From Eledone cirrhosa (taxonomy: Eukaryota), in NCBI GenBank assembly GCA_964016885.1, contig OZ024742.1, positions 208,568,001 to 208,632,000 of the forward strand: a stretch of 64,000 nt of DNA, written 5' to 3'. Below are positions 1 through 12,769 of this stretch, piece after piece; the stretch's first letter is position 1, and the number at the start of each line of letters is the position of its first letter. The notes below the pieces were generated by a model. The model saw nothing but the letters and a program-made list of their open reading frames with translations. It was not told where the DNA came from and made no database searches. Position numbers and translations under genes: made by a program.

Positions 1-813
1 ATTAACTAATTAATACAAAATCCAAACAATTTTGCAATCTATATTTAGATATTTAGATATATATTTAGATATTTAGATATTTATTATGGCTAACATTTAC
101 CTTATACGACGTAATATATCATAGGAGATATTTTGAACGTTTTGATTAAATGGGCCCTAGTCCTATCAACCAGTGAGAGTTGGGGGAAATTTACCTCAAA
201 TTTCACAGAGCCGTAACATGTCCACCACTGGCCTGCAGTGGTGTTATATATATATATATATCAATCCTGCAGAGTCGATAGCTAAATTTGATCGCAATAT
301 AATTTGAACTCAATCCGCGGAGTGTAAACAGATAGCACACTAGATTATATTCGACTTTCTAACGACTATCAACTATGTTCACATAGCACAAAGGCGATTG
401 GATAAGGGTGCTTTAAAAGAATTCGACTTTTAAAAAAAATACTTCGGAATTACATTAAGCAGAATGACTGGAAGAGATGTTATTGGAGAATGCTGACAGC
501 TGTGTTATACATCTGGCTAGAAACTATAAACATACAAATGGGTGTGTGATAGAGCCATGTGAAGCTGTAAGTATTAAAAGAGTTAAATGCTTCAGTGATG
601 AGATGCTTTACTTTAAGCTATTCTAAACATGAATTTAAAATTAATGGTGTGAACATACACTTAAAGCAGAAATAAAGAGATCATGTAATCCTTGGTACAG
701 ATAAAAATAAATCTTTTGTTTTAAGAGTATTTATATATTTGAAGTACTTCAAAAAAAATATCAGAAAATATTGAATATTGTTAAGTGTTTGTAATACTCA
801 GACTCAGACTCAA

Positions 814-860
<47 letters not shown>

Positions 861-2077
861 AAGAGAAAGATGGCGGGGGAGCCAAAAGCCCGACCGCGAC
901 GCCAATCGGTTTCCAGCTTTATACAGCCAAATACTGACCATAATCGGCAGGTTTCGAAGTCACGTTTTTATCTTCCTCTATACCCAATCTGATTCTTCTC
1001 ATGCATAGAGTACTCGCTTGAGTTATGGTCTACCCGGTCTCGCCATGGCAAACTTTATGTGTATATATATATATATATTAACATGTTTTTGACTATGATA
1101 AGTAAGCCTTATAATTTGAGCATATAAGCACCTGGGATGGGAACGGAAAAGGTGGACTGCGTCACCCTAGGGGTACGAACTTACATCTGCCGTATGCTGT
1201 ATACCATATAAAGTAAGGTCGACTACTCGTTTCTGTTTTTTAAACCTTATCAATCAACCAGCGTAAAGTAAATAAATAATTATTCGTCTATCATAAATAA
1301 TGCAATTGATAGTTTCGTCACAATTTCCACATAGTTTACAGTTGCTCTTTGTATCCTCATCCATTAAATGTTTTTTTTTTTCGTTTTTTTTTTGTTTTTT
1401 TTTTCTAATTTCTGGTCACACACAAAAAAAATGTTTGGCCTTCTTCTGCAATAAAAAAAATCATTGCATATCAGCATGGAGTTCTGCTACCTAGAGCCAA
1501 TACTGAGCTTTTGTTAAATATCCACTGTGCAGCTCAGTATTAACAGGTGTTTGCCATGAATGGGTTCTTTGCAAATATCGTATATGCACTAATTGTAGAC
1601 AAGCAGCGCGTCAACTTCACCATCCTCAGGGGAAACGCCTTCTCTATTCTGTCCACCGCGGCCGCGGGGCGGCCAACACGTGGGCCCCCATTTGCTTATA
1701 ATAGAGAGCGGGAAAGATAGAGATGGTGCAGTGGGGTTTGGTTCCATTTTGTCCGGACCTAATGTATATGTGTATATTTGTTTACGACACTACATTAATA
1801 TAATTGGACAGAGGTTGTTGTTGTTTTAGTCATTTAAACACGGTCATAACTTCTTAATACACTAACGGAACAAAATAGATTAAAACATGATGTAAAAGAC
1901 AATACAAAGGAAAATGCACCAAAGAAACTTTGAAGAGAGGAAACATCAGCAAACCTCATCCATATTATGTTAGATAAAGTAACAAAAATAAGTGAATAGG
2001 CAAACAACAGAGATTTATGTTTTAAGAAATAGAGTGCACCGCAAAGATGAAATGAGATATTAGAAGCATGTATACTC

Positions 2078-2247
2078 TCGGTAGCATCAGACGCCATGCT
2101 TTACAAGCAAAGAGTTACGGCCCTTTATGGTCTGAGTTCAAATCCCGCCGAGGTTAACTTTGCCTTTCATCCTTACGTTGTCGATAAAATAAAGTACCAG
2201 TAATATACTGAGATAATTGCTGGCCTTGTGCCAAAAGTAGAAACAAC
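2078..2247 (+). mobile_element. tRNA-derived SINE (family A)
   Basis: B-box-like GAGTTCAAATCCC, then gccgaggttaactttgcctttcatcct...ggccttgtgccaaaagtagaaac; same sequence recurs at 4.0k, 8.4k, 16.4k, 18.0k, 43.0k and 57.5k. Confidence 0.8.
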
Positions 2248-2988
2248 TAATACTGATAGGAATTCCCGAAATAAGATAGTAAGTTTCAACACACTACTTT
2301 TTCATAACTCATCCCAGAATTATAATTTTCTCAGCTAGAAACTAAATAAATTTACACGACGAGATAAAAAAAAAAAGGGTGAAATTAATAATTATATTTA
2401 AAACAAAGATAGCAGACAGGGAAGAAAGATTAAATTTATCACAAAATTCCATTGGTAGAGGTCATTGCCATAGAAAACTATTATCTCCTCTAACTCTTAT
2501 TAATGATAAATCCAGACTACAAACAATAATGCAAATAGCTGTAAATCATGATAAATATATCAGCAACTTAAAATCGTTTCAACAGATTAAAATCTGGGGC
2601 CAACAAGTATAAATAAGAAACTGAGGTAAATGACAACTGTGGCTAAAATTGAGATTCGAAAGCAACATTTCTTCTTTACTGTTTAAATATGTGGAATATA
2701 TAAGAGCTAGAATTTTGTTCAACACGCTGACACGTAAGTGTTTATGTGTGTGCGTATGGGTATGTGCAAATGCATACGTGAGCATATAAATATAAACGGG
2801 AAAACACAGACACACTTACAAAAATACGCACCCAGAGACATACATTCACATAAATTCACACTTACATACATTTACAAATACACAAATACACATACACATA
2901 CACTCACAAACAGCGTAACAAATGAAACGCCAGCTGCTGTTTTGCTATAGATGTTTCAGTACCCCGTTCCTTCCATTACCCACACATA

Positions 2989-3065
<77 letters not shown>

Positions 3066-3273
3066 ACACACATTGGGTGTCGAACGGAAGTCGCTCAAAT
3101 TTATATCTAAATTTATAAAGTGATGAGTACGGGACTGCGTACGGTTTATTTCTTTTAATCCAATTAGTAAAATAAGTTAGATTACTTTGAATAAATGATG
3201 AATGGATATTACATAATTTAAGTACTGAATTTTGTAATTTTTTTTATTAAATTTGATATAATGTTATTGCTTA

Positions 3274-4673
3274 CTAGCAGTAAAGACCGGTGTTGCTCGG
3301 GGCTGCTCAGTAGCTGTGTTAAAGTTACAATGTTAAGTTCCTTTCTTGGCTTAAAAACTGTAGAGTCTACAGTGTAGACTTTCATGTGGTACTTTTGATT
3401 AATATTCCCTCAACCAACAGTATGCCTTATGAAGTAAAGAAAACATAACCATAACTCGAATGTTAAAACAAAAGAGGATATATCACCTCTCTGCACGACT
3501 GTCTCTCTGTACAACGTCATCGCCTATAGCAGTAAAGCCCGGTGTTGCCCGGGGCTGCTCAGTAGCTGTGTTAAAGTTACAATGTTAAGTTGCTTTCACA
3601 TTCATCTGTAGAACAAACGTAGCCCATGTGTCAAGTTTTGTGAAAATCGGTTGCGAACTCTAGAAGTTATGACGTTTTGTTGCATTGCAATGCAGTGCTT
3701 CAGTCGACTCCATGGAAGTGGTTAAAGGGGGTTATCTGCCGTGAGGTCCTATAATCAATATTTGGAAAAATGAACGTGCCTATGACCATCCGTAGTAAAT
3801 AAGTAACCCATGCCTTAATTTTGGTGAAAATACTGAAGAAATGCATAAGGTTTAGACACACACCCGCGCACGCGCGTTGTGTGTGTATGTATTTGTGTGT
3901 GCGGATGTATATGTATGTGTATGTCCGTCGGCACATACGTATGTACTGGCCTAAAACTTCACTATTTACTTTTACTATTTTAAGGCAAAGTTAAAATCCC
4001 GTCGAGGTTAACATTGCCTTTCATCCTTACAGGGTTGATAAAATAAAGTACCAGTAATGTCCTGGGTAATTGCTGGCTTTGTGTCAAAAGTAGAAACAAC
4101 TATTTTACCAACCTCTGTCATTTTGGTTTACAATTTTATTTACATAATTCTTAAACTCCGGGGTTGGAAATCATTCGGTTATTTTAAATAGTATATTAGT
4201 CTAACGACTCCATTTATACCATAAACTTGGTCTCGTCTTTGCATGAAATTGTTCTTCTCGGTCCACATAACGACGTATTATCCTCACTCTTTTTCCGTTC
4301 ATTACCACGGAACATCTTAACGAAAGAAAATATCGTCTTCCTCTTTTCCTTCGGTTGCAATGTTTCTCGGAATATTTAATTCTGCGTTCACAGATTGAAT
4401 TTTTTAGTTTAAGAAGATCCCGTTAATGTTGAAAGCAGCGATTCTTTGCTTAAACTTTCTTTCTTTCTCAAACCCTCTCCCCTGTTCTCATACCCTCTCT
4501 CTCCCTTTATCTCTCTCTCTCTCTCACTCTTACTCCCTCTCTCTATCTTCCTCTACAGAATGGAGAACAATAAAGAACGCGCAGATCTCTCTCTCTCACT
4601 CTGTCTTTATATATATATATGTGTTTGTGTGTGTGCGCGAGTAAACCAGCGGTCGCCATTCTCTATCTCTCTA

Positions 4674-4762
<89 letters not shown>

Positions 4763-5170
4763 GAAGCTGATTATCTTGTACCTCTCTCTCTGTATAACGA
4801 CCTATCTCATTCTTTCTCTCTCTCTACCTCCCTTTCTCTTTTTAGATGTATATGTATATATGTGTGTGTGTGTGTGTGTGTATATATATAGAGAGAGAAA
4901 GTTGCACCATGTATGTAGTTTCATAGATTTTTTAGGGTAATAGTGAGAGGAATTAAGCACGTAAGGGAGAGGGTTACAGCATATATTTAGTTTTATCGAT
5001 TTTTTTCATAGAAGCAGGACATTTTTGGCAAAGTTTATTACGCGTTGACCATCCTTGGTAAATTTTGAGCACATTAGAAAAAAATCATCAAAATCGATAG
5101 AGAAATGTGGAAAGGCATAAAAATCATACACCCACACAGACATACATCTTCCGTTTTATATATAGAGAGA
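3274..5170 (-). mobile_element. Non-autonomous Helitron-like element (possibly two pieces)
   Basis: Minus strand begins A|TCTCTCTATATATAAAA at 5170 and ends with a GC hairpin (cccgagcaacaccgg) plus CTAG|T at 3274; 3' segment duplicated at ~3527-3596; continuity between the ends not demonstrated. Confidence 0.4.
3993..4101 (+). mobile_element. 5'-truncated SINE family A
   Basis: aaatcccgtcgaggttaacattgcctttcatcc...gtagaaacaact matches the other copies. Confidence 0.7.
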
Positions 5171-5789
5171 TTTAAAATTGACTTCTTTTCAAAGTATCAA
5201 ATTTCTACACTTCCGGTATATCATCGCCACCAACACCACTTCAATATATATGTAGTAAGAGATGAGTGAGATAGAGGGAGATAGAGTGATTATGATTTTC
5301 TACACGCTGATGCGTATGATTGTGCACATACATACATCTATATGTATGAGAATATAACTATTATGAGTATATAACTATAATCGCGCAAACACAAACTTAT
5401 AAAAATACACGCTCACAGACATACATTCAGACATAAATACACATACTTTTACACATATACATTTACACAACATATACTTTTACACAAACACACCCATACA
5501 GTCATCATAGCGGCGTTCGATGAATTGGAAATGAAAGGGTAAAATAAATATAACGTTTTATTTATTTATTAACAACACAGTTTAACTCTTTTTTTTTAAA
5601 ACTCATTTGTATAAAAATGTAATATAATGCTTATAGAACGAAAACACTAAGAAATATAAAGGAAAGTGAAAGGAAAAAAAGAAAGATAAAAAAATACACA
5701 AGCACGTAATACCCACATCTTAGACCCCATAGAACAATATGCAGGCGAAAGAGTGGGAAAACGAGACGCTACCAGAGCAAAAGATAGCA

Positions 5790-6130
5790 ATATAGCGAGG
5801 ACCACTGGGAAACCTCTCTATTAATCTGTTTGGTAAGTCGCCAGTCAAGATAAGAACCTCGCTGTCAATAGTCCGACTCTCCCAAACGTCTCGAACGCCA
5901 CAGGCTGGATAATGTAGTTAGCTGACAGAACACGGTATTTTAGGATTTTGTTCCGTTCAGCTGCGTTTGCTGTAGCTCTCGCCCTTACCGCTGCATCCAG
6001 AATGTGGGAAGAAGCAAAAGGGTCACTAACTGTGACGTCCCAGGTAAGGCCCCTTCCTCTTGACCAGGAGCACATAGTAAGAACGTCAAGTCTTTTACCA
6101 TCAATTCTGGACAACCCAGACGTTTCCAAA
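5790..6130 (-). pseudogene. 3' fragment of CRE-like non-LTR retrotransposon (restriction-like endonuclease)
   Basis: ORF 5845-6129: DGKRLDVLT..WSRGRGLTWDVTVSD...ERNKILKY...PVAFETFG, matching the RPD..D..K..KY REL pattern. Confidence 0.7.
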
Positions 6131-6385
6131 ATTGAGGGGATGTTTACCGGCCCAAAGCTCTTAAGTGTGTGTATGAGCGCGCGCGTGAGTTTGTCGGCGT
6201 TCTTAAATTAGAGACACGTGTGTGTGTGTCACTGTTTTTAAGTTAGACATATATATGTGTGTATCGCTTTCCTTCCTTTTACACACACATACATTCACAC
6301 AAACATGCATACACATTATGTGATGGACGGGTGGACAGAAGTCCCTCAAATTTATATACATGTGAATAGAGTTCTACTGAAGCAG

Positions 6386-6990
6386 TTAGAGTAGTTCAAG
6401 TATCTTGGAGCCGTGTTCATGGAATACAGGAGGGTGAATTAAGTGCAAGAATTGCAAAGGCTGATGCAGTAAAGCGCCAGCCTCAGCAATCAGATGAAGT
6501 AGGTAGTTGTAAAAGCCAAACTCGCTGTCTTCCTGGTATTCCTGCCAACTCTTACCAAGGATCATGAATCTTGGTAATGACCAAAAGAACACAATTGCAA
6601 ATAAAAGCGGCAGAAATGGGATTTCTCCGATGGGTCTTTGGAGTAACGTTACTCGATAAAGGGCATAGCTCAGAGACCAGAGAGTCACTCCTGGTAGAGC
6701 CGTTACTTCTCTGAATTGAGAAATAACAACTCCGATATTATGAGCATGTGGTTAGAATGTGTCAGTAAAGAATCGCTGGACACATTTTACAGGCAAAAAC
6801 CAACCGACAAGAGACCCAGAGATAGACCCGGAGCAAGATAGTTGGATAACATCTATGAGCTTGCCTGGTCACGTTTTGGGATCCAGCTGGATGAGTTAGA
6901 GAGGTTTGCTACTGACAGACTCGCTGAAAGGAGTGTTTGGAGAAGGTCTTTGCACCCCGACCCTCTCAGAAATAAGAGGGCGAAGAAGAA
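6386..6990 (+). pseudogene. Decayed RTE LINE 3' fragment
   Basis: Broken frames give AAEMGFLR..GVTLLDK, VEPLLL, HVVRM, KRPRDRP; homologous to 14800-15130. Confidence 0.7.
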
Positions 6991-8402
6991 GATATTGTCA
7001 ATTTACTTTTCAATTTAGATATATATATATTTGCGTATAATACCAATACGCACACTACATATACTAGCAGAAGACAGCTCGCTGGTGGTTTTTCTGCTAG
7101 TATAGATTAATGATAGAGAAGGTGTTTTACAATAACATTTGTGCCATCCGTTTGCAAGTAACCAGACATCCAGCAAGCCGATTTGCACAGAATTTTGATT
7201 AAAACAAGACAACCAGATGTTATTGTCAATTATCACCAGGAAAAAATATCACCTAACAGTTGTTTTACTTTTACCGGATAACTATATACATCTCAGAGAA
7301 ACGGACAATCTATTGAAATACAAACAGCTAGAAATAAAGCTGTCCCTCTTAATATGTACCTTCGGATTCATAAGAAGAGATGTAGATAAATAAATGAATA
7401 TATATATATATACATATAATTGTTTCTTCCAAACTTAAGCTTGGAGTCCTCGGAGCATTACCAATGTTTGTAAATATAATTAACCTCCTATTCAACTGAA
7501 GAATACCCTTTAGGTAATAACTGCTTAATCAAAGACATCATTTACTCCTGCACAGTCAACACTAACAACTCTTCTAAAACATATATAGGCTCTACTTTGA
7601 ACTGTTTCAAGACGAGATACACCTCGCACCTCCTCTTTCAAAAAACACAATCTAGCCAACTCCACTTCACTATCTAGCTACATACACTATCTGAAAACTA
7701 GGAATAGAACATATACACGTCAATGGGAAGTAGTAGGTAGGGCTGCATCGTATAAACCACCTAATAAATTTTGTAACCTCTGTCTCCTAGAGACCCATAG
7801 TATAATCTTTTCGAATCTTAACCTCCTAAATAAAAAATCGGAAGTGTTTGTATCATGCCAGCACCGCTTCCGACACTCATTCCATAGCTTTAAACTTAGT
7901 ATATAACAATGTCAGATTTGAACTCATCACCACCATTAGCACTTCACCTCTACGACTTGCCTTCCACCGCTGCATCACACTCTTTGATCCACCCTTTCCT
8001 ATACACACATCATTTTTATCTCTAACATTATACTCTAGAAATATTCTTATAGTCACCACCTTTTAATATAATTACTTTAGATTACTTATAATTATATAGT
8101 GATTGAAATATATTATAATATATATAAACATTAAATGTTAAATGTAACAAAGAATGATATATACATTTATAATTAATTGTATAAATTAATAACATTGTAT
8201 ATAAAGGGTTAATTTATTTACTCAAGGGATGTATCTAATTTATCATGCAAACAGCTATACGTTATTCCATATCTTGCCAAATGTTGGGTAGACAACAATC
8301 TAATGAATCCTTTAATATATTATGACAGAGTAGACTGTATTTAAAATTAAATATAAATATATAACATTCTGTATAGGGGATTCAATTGTGGCACTATATA
8401 AT

Positions 8403-8583
8403 TGTTTCTACTTTAGGCTCAAGGCCAGCAATTACCCAGTGCATTATTGGTACTTTATTTTATCGACCCCGTAAGAATGAAAGGCATAGTCAACCTTGGC
8501 GGGATTTGAACTCAGATCGTAAAGGGACGTAACTATGCTAGAAAGCATGGTGTCTGACCCTCTACCGATACTGCCAATCCACC
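8403..8583 (-). mobile_element. SINE family A with 18-bp TSD
   Basis: TSD attgtggcactatataat at 8385-8402 and 8584-8601. Confidence 0.85.
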
Positions 8584-9404
8584 ATTGTGGCACTATATAA
8601 TATTGGGTAGACAATAATCTAATGAAACCTTTAATATATTGTGAGAGAGTAGCTGTATTTAAAATTAATTATAAATATATAACTTTTTATATAAGGGATT
8701 CAATTGTAGCAATATATAATGTCTATAAGAGCAAGGAATTTAATTGTTATAATGAGCTAGTTACCCCCCCCCCCCTTACGCATTAGCTCCCCTTAATTCC
8801 ATATCCACTTCCAGATATTAAACCGTTGAAAATTCTCGCAGTAGAACAACTCTAATCCATGAATATGAATACAATAACACCAAGTTACAATCCATTACTA
8901 TAACAAACATTCAATACAAATATAACTTAACATATGTAATGGATGTGAAATCTGTAACTTTCATATTTTACACACATACAAATTTGAACTGTACAGAAAC
9001 TATCCTCACATTACATCCTCCGTAATACACTAACATATTCGCTCAAAGTGCTTGTATTTTATGTAATAGCTTGCCATGCAGTACTCATATATGCATTACA
9101 CATTTTCTTGTTCCATTCCTTTATATATGACTAACGCATGTACTATCTCTTTAATTATTGGACTATTCTCTGTCGCATGTATTCCACCCTATGCTTTTAA
9201 TTTTAATTTTAATTTTAATTTTTAGTTTTTAATTTTAATTTTAATTTTAATCTTAATTTGAATTATTTTACTATTCTCGTATAATATATGTCGCATCCAT
9301 TCCACCCTGTAAACATGAAACTTTTGTCCACAACATCAATATATATGTATCTGTATGATTCTTCAGTTGAATAGGAGGTTAATTATATGTACAAACATTG
9401 ATAA

Positions 9405-9451
9405 TGCTCCGAGGACACCAAGCTTAAGTTTGGAAGAAACAATTGTCAGCG
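9405..9451 (+). ncRNA. Degenerate minimal type-I hammerhead ribozyme
   Basis: tgct-CCGAGGA (U4>C)-stem II ccaagc/gtttgg-GAAA-caattg-TC-agcg; palindromic stem III acaattgt, GUC triplet. Confidence 0.5.
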
Positions 9452-9645
9452 ATTAAATGTTTTAAACATGAATTTGATAATTGTGTAATCTATATTACTG
9501 CTCTGTAAAACAACTGATGTTCTCACATTGAGCTATTTCTCTTACTGGTAATAAGGTAGTAATAAATTACTGACCTTCCCTGTTTATAGTTGTTTATAGT
9601 ATAGTATATACATAACTATAAATAGTATCTTTAGTATTATATACA

Positions 9646-9711
<66 letters not shown>

Positions 9712-10520
9712 AATGTATATATGTGTGTGTTTGTGTGTGTAAAGGGTAAACAGAAATAACAAAAATAATAAAACAAACGCACAGTACAAGGTAATAACAT
9801 ATTAGTTTAACGCTAGAAATAGCAGGAAGAGAGTCGTAACGTTTTGGACACCAGTCCTTCATATATATATATAGAGAGAGAGTTAGAAACTCAAAGTAGT
9901 CCTTACAATTAAAAGAGCTCAAGGAAAAAAGATTTTCCGGGCCGTGTAATATAATTCGATATAATACATAGAGATAAACACAGATATATACATATATGTG
10001 TTCAAATTAAATCATAAGGGACAAACTCAAGGAGCCGAATTTAATTGCAAGGGACAATTTTGAGTTTCTAACTCAATATATACATTTGATAAATTCGGCT
10101 CCTTGAATTTGTAGAGCTTTTTTTAAATGTCGAGTAAACCTGGCTGCTATTTTTAGTAGCATACGTTTTACGAGACACGCTAGACACTAAATGCCTCATG
10201 TGTTATTCTAAACACGTGCCTCATTTAGTCTTCTAAGAAACCTAAAAGTGAAAGGTTTACTAATTTGGACATCCACTGACGAGCAATAGAATTGCTAATT
10301 CCCGTCACTTGATACGAAACAGTTATACCAAAAACTGTCTGGATGTGTATTTGATAGTTATCACAGTTCGGTTTGTACTTTTTCTTAATGTATTCTTTGA
10401 ATTGAGTCTGACAAACTGTATTGTTCATAGTTAGTATCCTATTCACCCTAGCGAATCTTGTCCCTTATGATTTGAACACATATATGTATATATCTGTGTT
10501 TATCTCTCTTTATTATATTG

Positions 10521-10590
<70 letters not shown>

Positions 10591-11092
10591 GGTTTTCTCA
10601 CGACGTACATTCAAAATCTCAAACAGCACCAAAGGACACTATTCAATACTTAGTATACTCTCCGTAAAATGGAAGGTTGAGAGATGTAAAATTTAAAATA
10701 TTTCACTTGCACAGATTTCACGTAGCAACGACAATACAATTCCAGATTTCTGTGGATATGCTAATCAATATATTACCAAAACTCTGCGATTATTTGCTTG
10801 CTTGCTTGCTTGTCTGTAATGTAATACAGCCAAAAGGGCGCATAAGGGGTAAATACTTTGAAAGGAAGTTGACCCAGAAATGCGAATGCAAATGGAGTAA
10901 AACAATGTTTCGCATAAATCGGAGGACGGGATGCCGAGATGCGAGGTTTCTGGGTACCTTCATAAACAAAGAGAGAGAAGGATATACGGAAAGAGATAGT
11001 GGTTGTGAGAGGGTAGATTGAAAGAGAGACATAGATGGGGGCAGGGGAGACAGAGAAAGCGAATGGAAGAGAGAGCTGGTGGTGTTATTGTG

Positions 11093-11129
<37 letters not shown>

Positions 11130-11152
11130 CTATGACCAATGTATATTCACCC

Positions 11153-11253
<101 letters not shown>

Positions 11254-11430
11254 TATATATATATATATATTTGTATACACACACATTTATATATATATAT
11301 ATACTTACACACACGTATATATATGGGCCTTTCAGTTTCATTTCACATTATATACATGTCTGTGAATATTTTAATTATTTAAAAGTTATTTTCAAGTGAA
11401 CATCATTTTTTAAAAATATTTTTAAAGGAA

Positions 11431-11459
11431 CGTGACGCAACGGTTCACGGGTGGTCTAG
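11431..11459 (+). mobile_element. Helitron-type 3' terminus
   Basis: Hairpin cgtga..tcacg followed 6 nt later by CTAG|T; 5' end not identified. Confidence 0.4.
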
Positions 11460-12769
11460 TATATAATAATAATGAGTTGTAGCAGAAATAAGAAATGGCA
11501 CATTATTTTTGGATTGGTTTCTTTGAATGTAAGGACGCCAGTGTGGTAGAGTACTATATTACCAAACACGGAAGAAAAAATTAATCTCTGTTATAGAATG
11601 GTCACGTTGTTATCGTCATTGTCATCGTTGCCATCATTATCATCATAAACATCACCACTATCATTGACGACAACAGCAACCGTCACAAACACAACAATCA
11701 GATTTCGATTTAAATTAATATCTAGAAAGTCGTCTGTTGACATATTAAATAACAACAAAAAGACTTCTTTCTTTACTCACAATGAATTCCGTGTTGAATT
11801 TATTTACATTCTCCCAAGCACTCCCCGCTAGCCCAAAGTGTTAGACATAAACAAAGGAATAGAATTTGTGGTTTATTTGACTTTATTGATTAAATCACAA
11901 GACATGTATGTGTTGGTTCTGGTCAACAGCATTATGGCTTATTTTAAACATGCATAGAAATATCTTTCAGGATTATGTCCGTCAACAATTGCCCATAGAT
12001 ATCTTTTTTTTATCCCGTTTGTTTCTCACGCGTATTTCTACGCTAAATCACTACCACAAAAACTGAGTCTTGCGTAAATGCAGACAAGGTTTCAGAAAGA
12101 AAACCATAAAGAAATAAAGCAGGAAAAGTTTTCCATCTTATGTCCCGATTTATTTTGTATTTATGCTAGTGATATCGCATTTCACGTTTCGGAAGACATG
12201 TTATATAAACATACGTTTAGAGATTATACACAAATTTATAAATGAGATTGAAAAAAGATTCAATATATAGAGTAGAGTTTATGCATTCATTTGGAAATGT
12301 GGCTTGTCTGTGCCTGTTTTGGTACATAACGAAGGAAAACAAAGATATTAGATAGAGTAACATCAAATAATATAGAGGGATTTGGAGATAGAGATTCACA
12401 CGTATAAAAAGAAACACACATATGTCCATATAAATACATATTCATATAGAATGTTTCTTTTAATTGGGTTGTCATCATTTCACGAATACGAGGTGAAGCA
12501 AGGAATCCCATACACAATGAATAGCGATTTTTAAAAAAACTTCATCAGTGTTGCGCAGCGCCTACGCCTTTATTTTTTAGCGCTTCTAAGACTGGTAGTA
12601 GAATGAGGGGGAGTTATCTTCAAACCAAAAATTTGGCAGCATTTAGCTCTGAAAAGGGTACTCTAGCGCCAGGTGAACGAAATAAGATGATAGTTCGCAG
12701 GCATTTTGAAAATAGCGTTTGTATCAACGAACGATTCATTGCTGTGAGCAAACGGAGAGATAGTAGAAC

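Larger units (their letters stand above)
7398..9580 (+). mobile_element. 5'-truncated Penelope-like element: inverted terminal segment, GIY-YIG remnant, 3' repeat with degenerate hammerhead
   Basis: 7501-7880 translates (one frameshift) to NCLIKDIIYSCTV...KTYIGST..FKTRYTSH...STSLSSYI...W...FCNLCLLE...LLNKKSEV..CQH; 7398-7504 is the reverse complement of 9358-9445. Confidence 0.8.

Noticed and set aside
1480-1630. Possible Mutator transposase scrap (QVFAMNGF..VYALIVDK)
   Set aside because: Too short and degenerate; no catalytic motif or TIRs confirmed
10270-10310. CTGACGA followed by a gcaat/attgc hairpin
   Set aside because: No GAAA or stem III follows, so not a hammerhead
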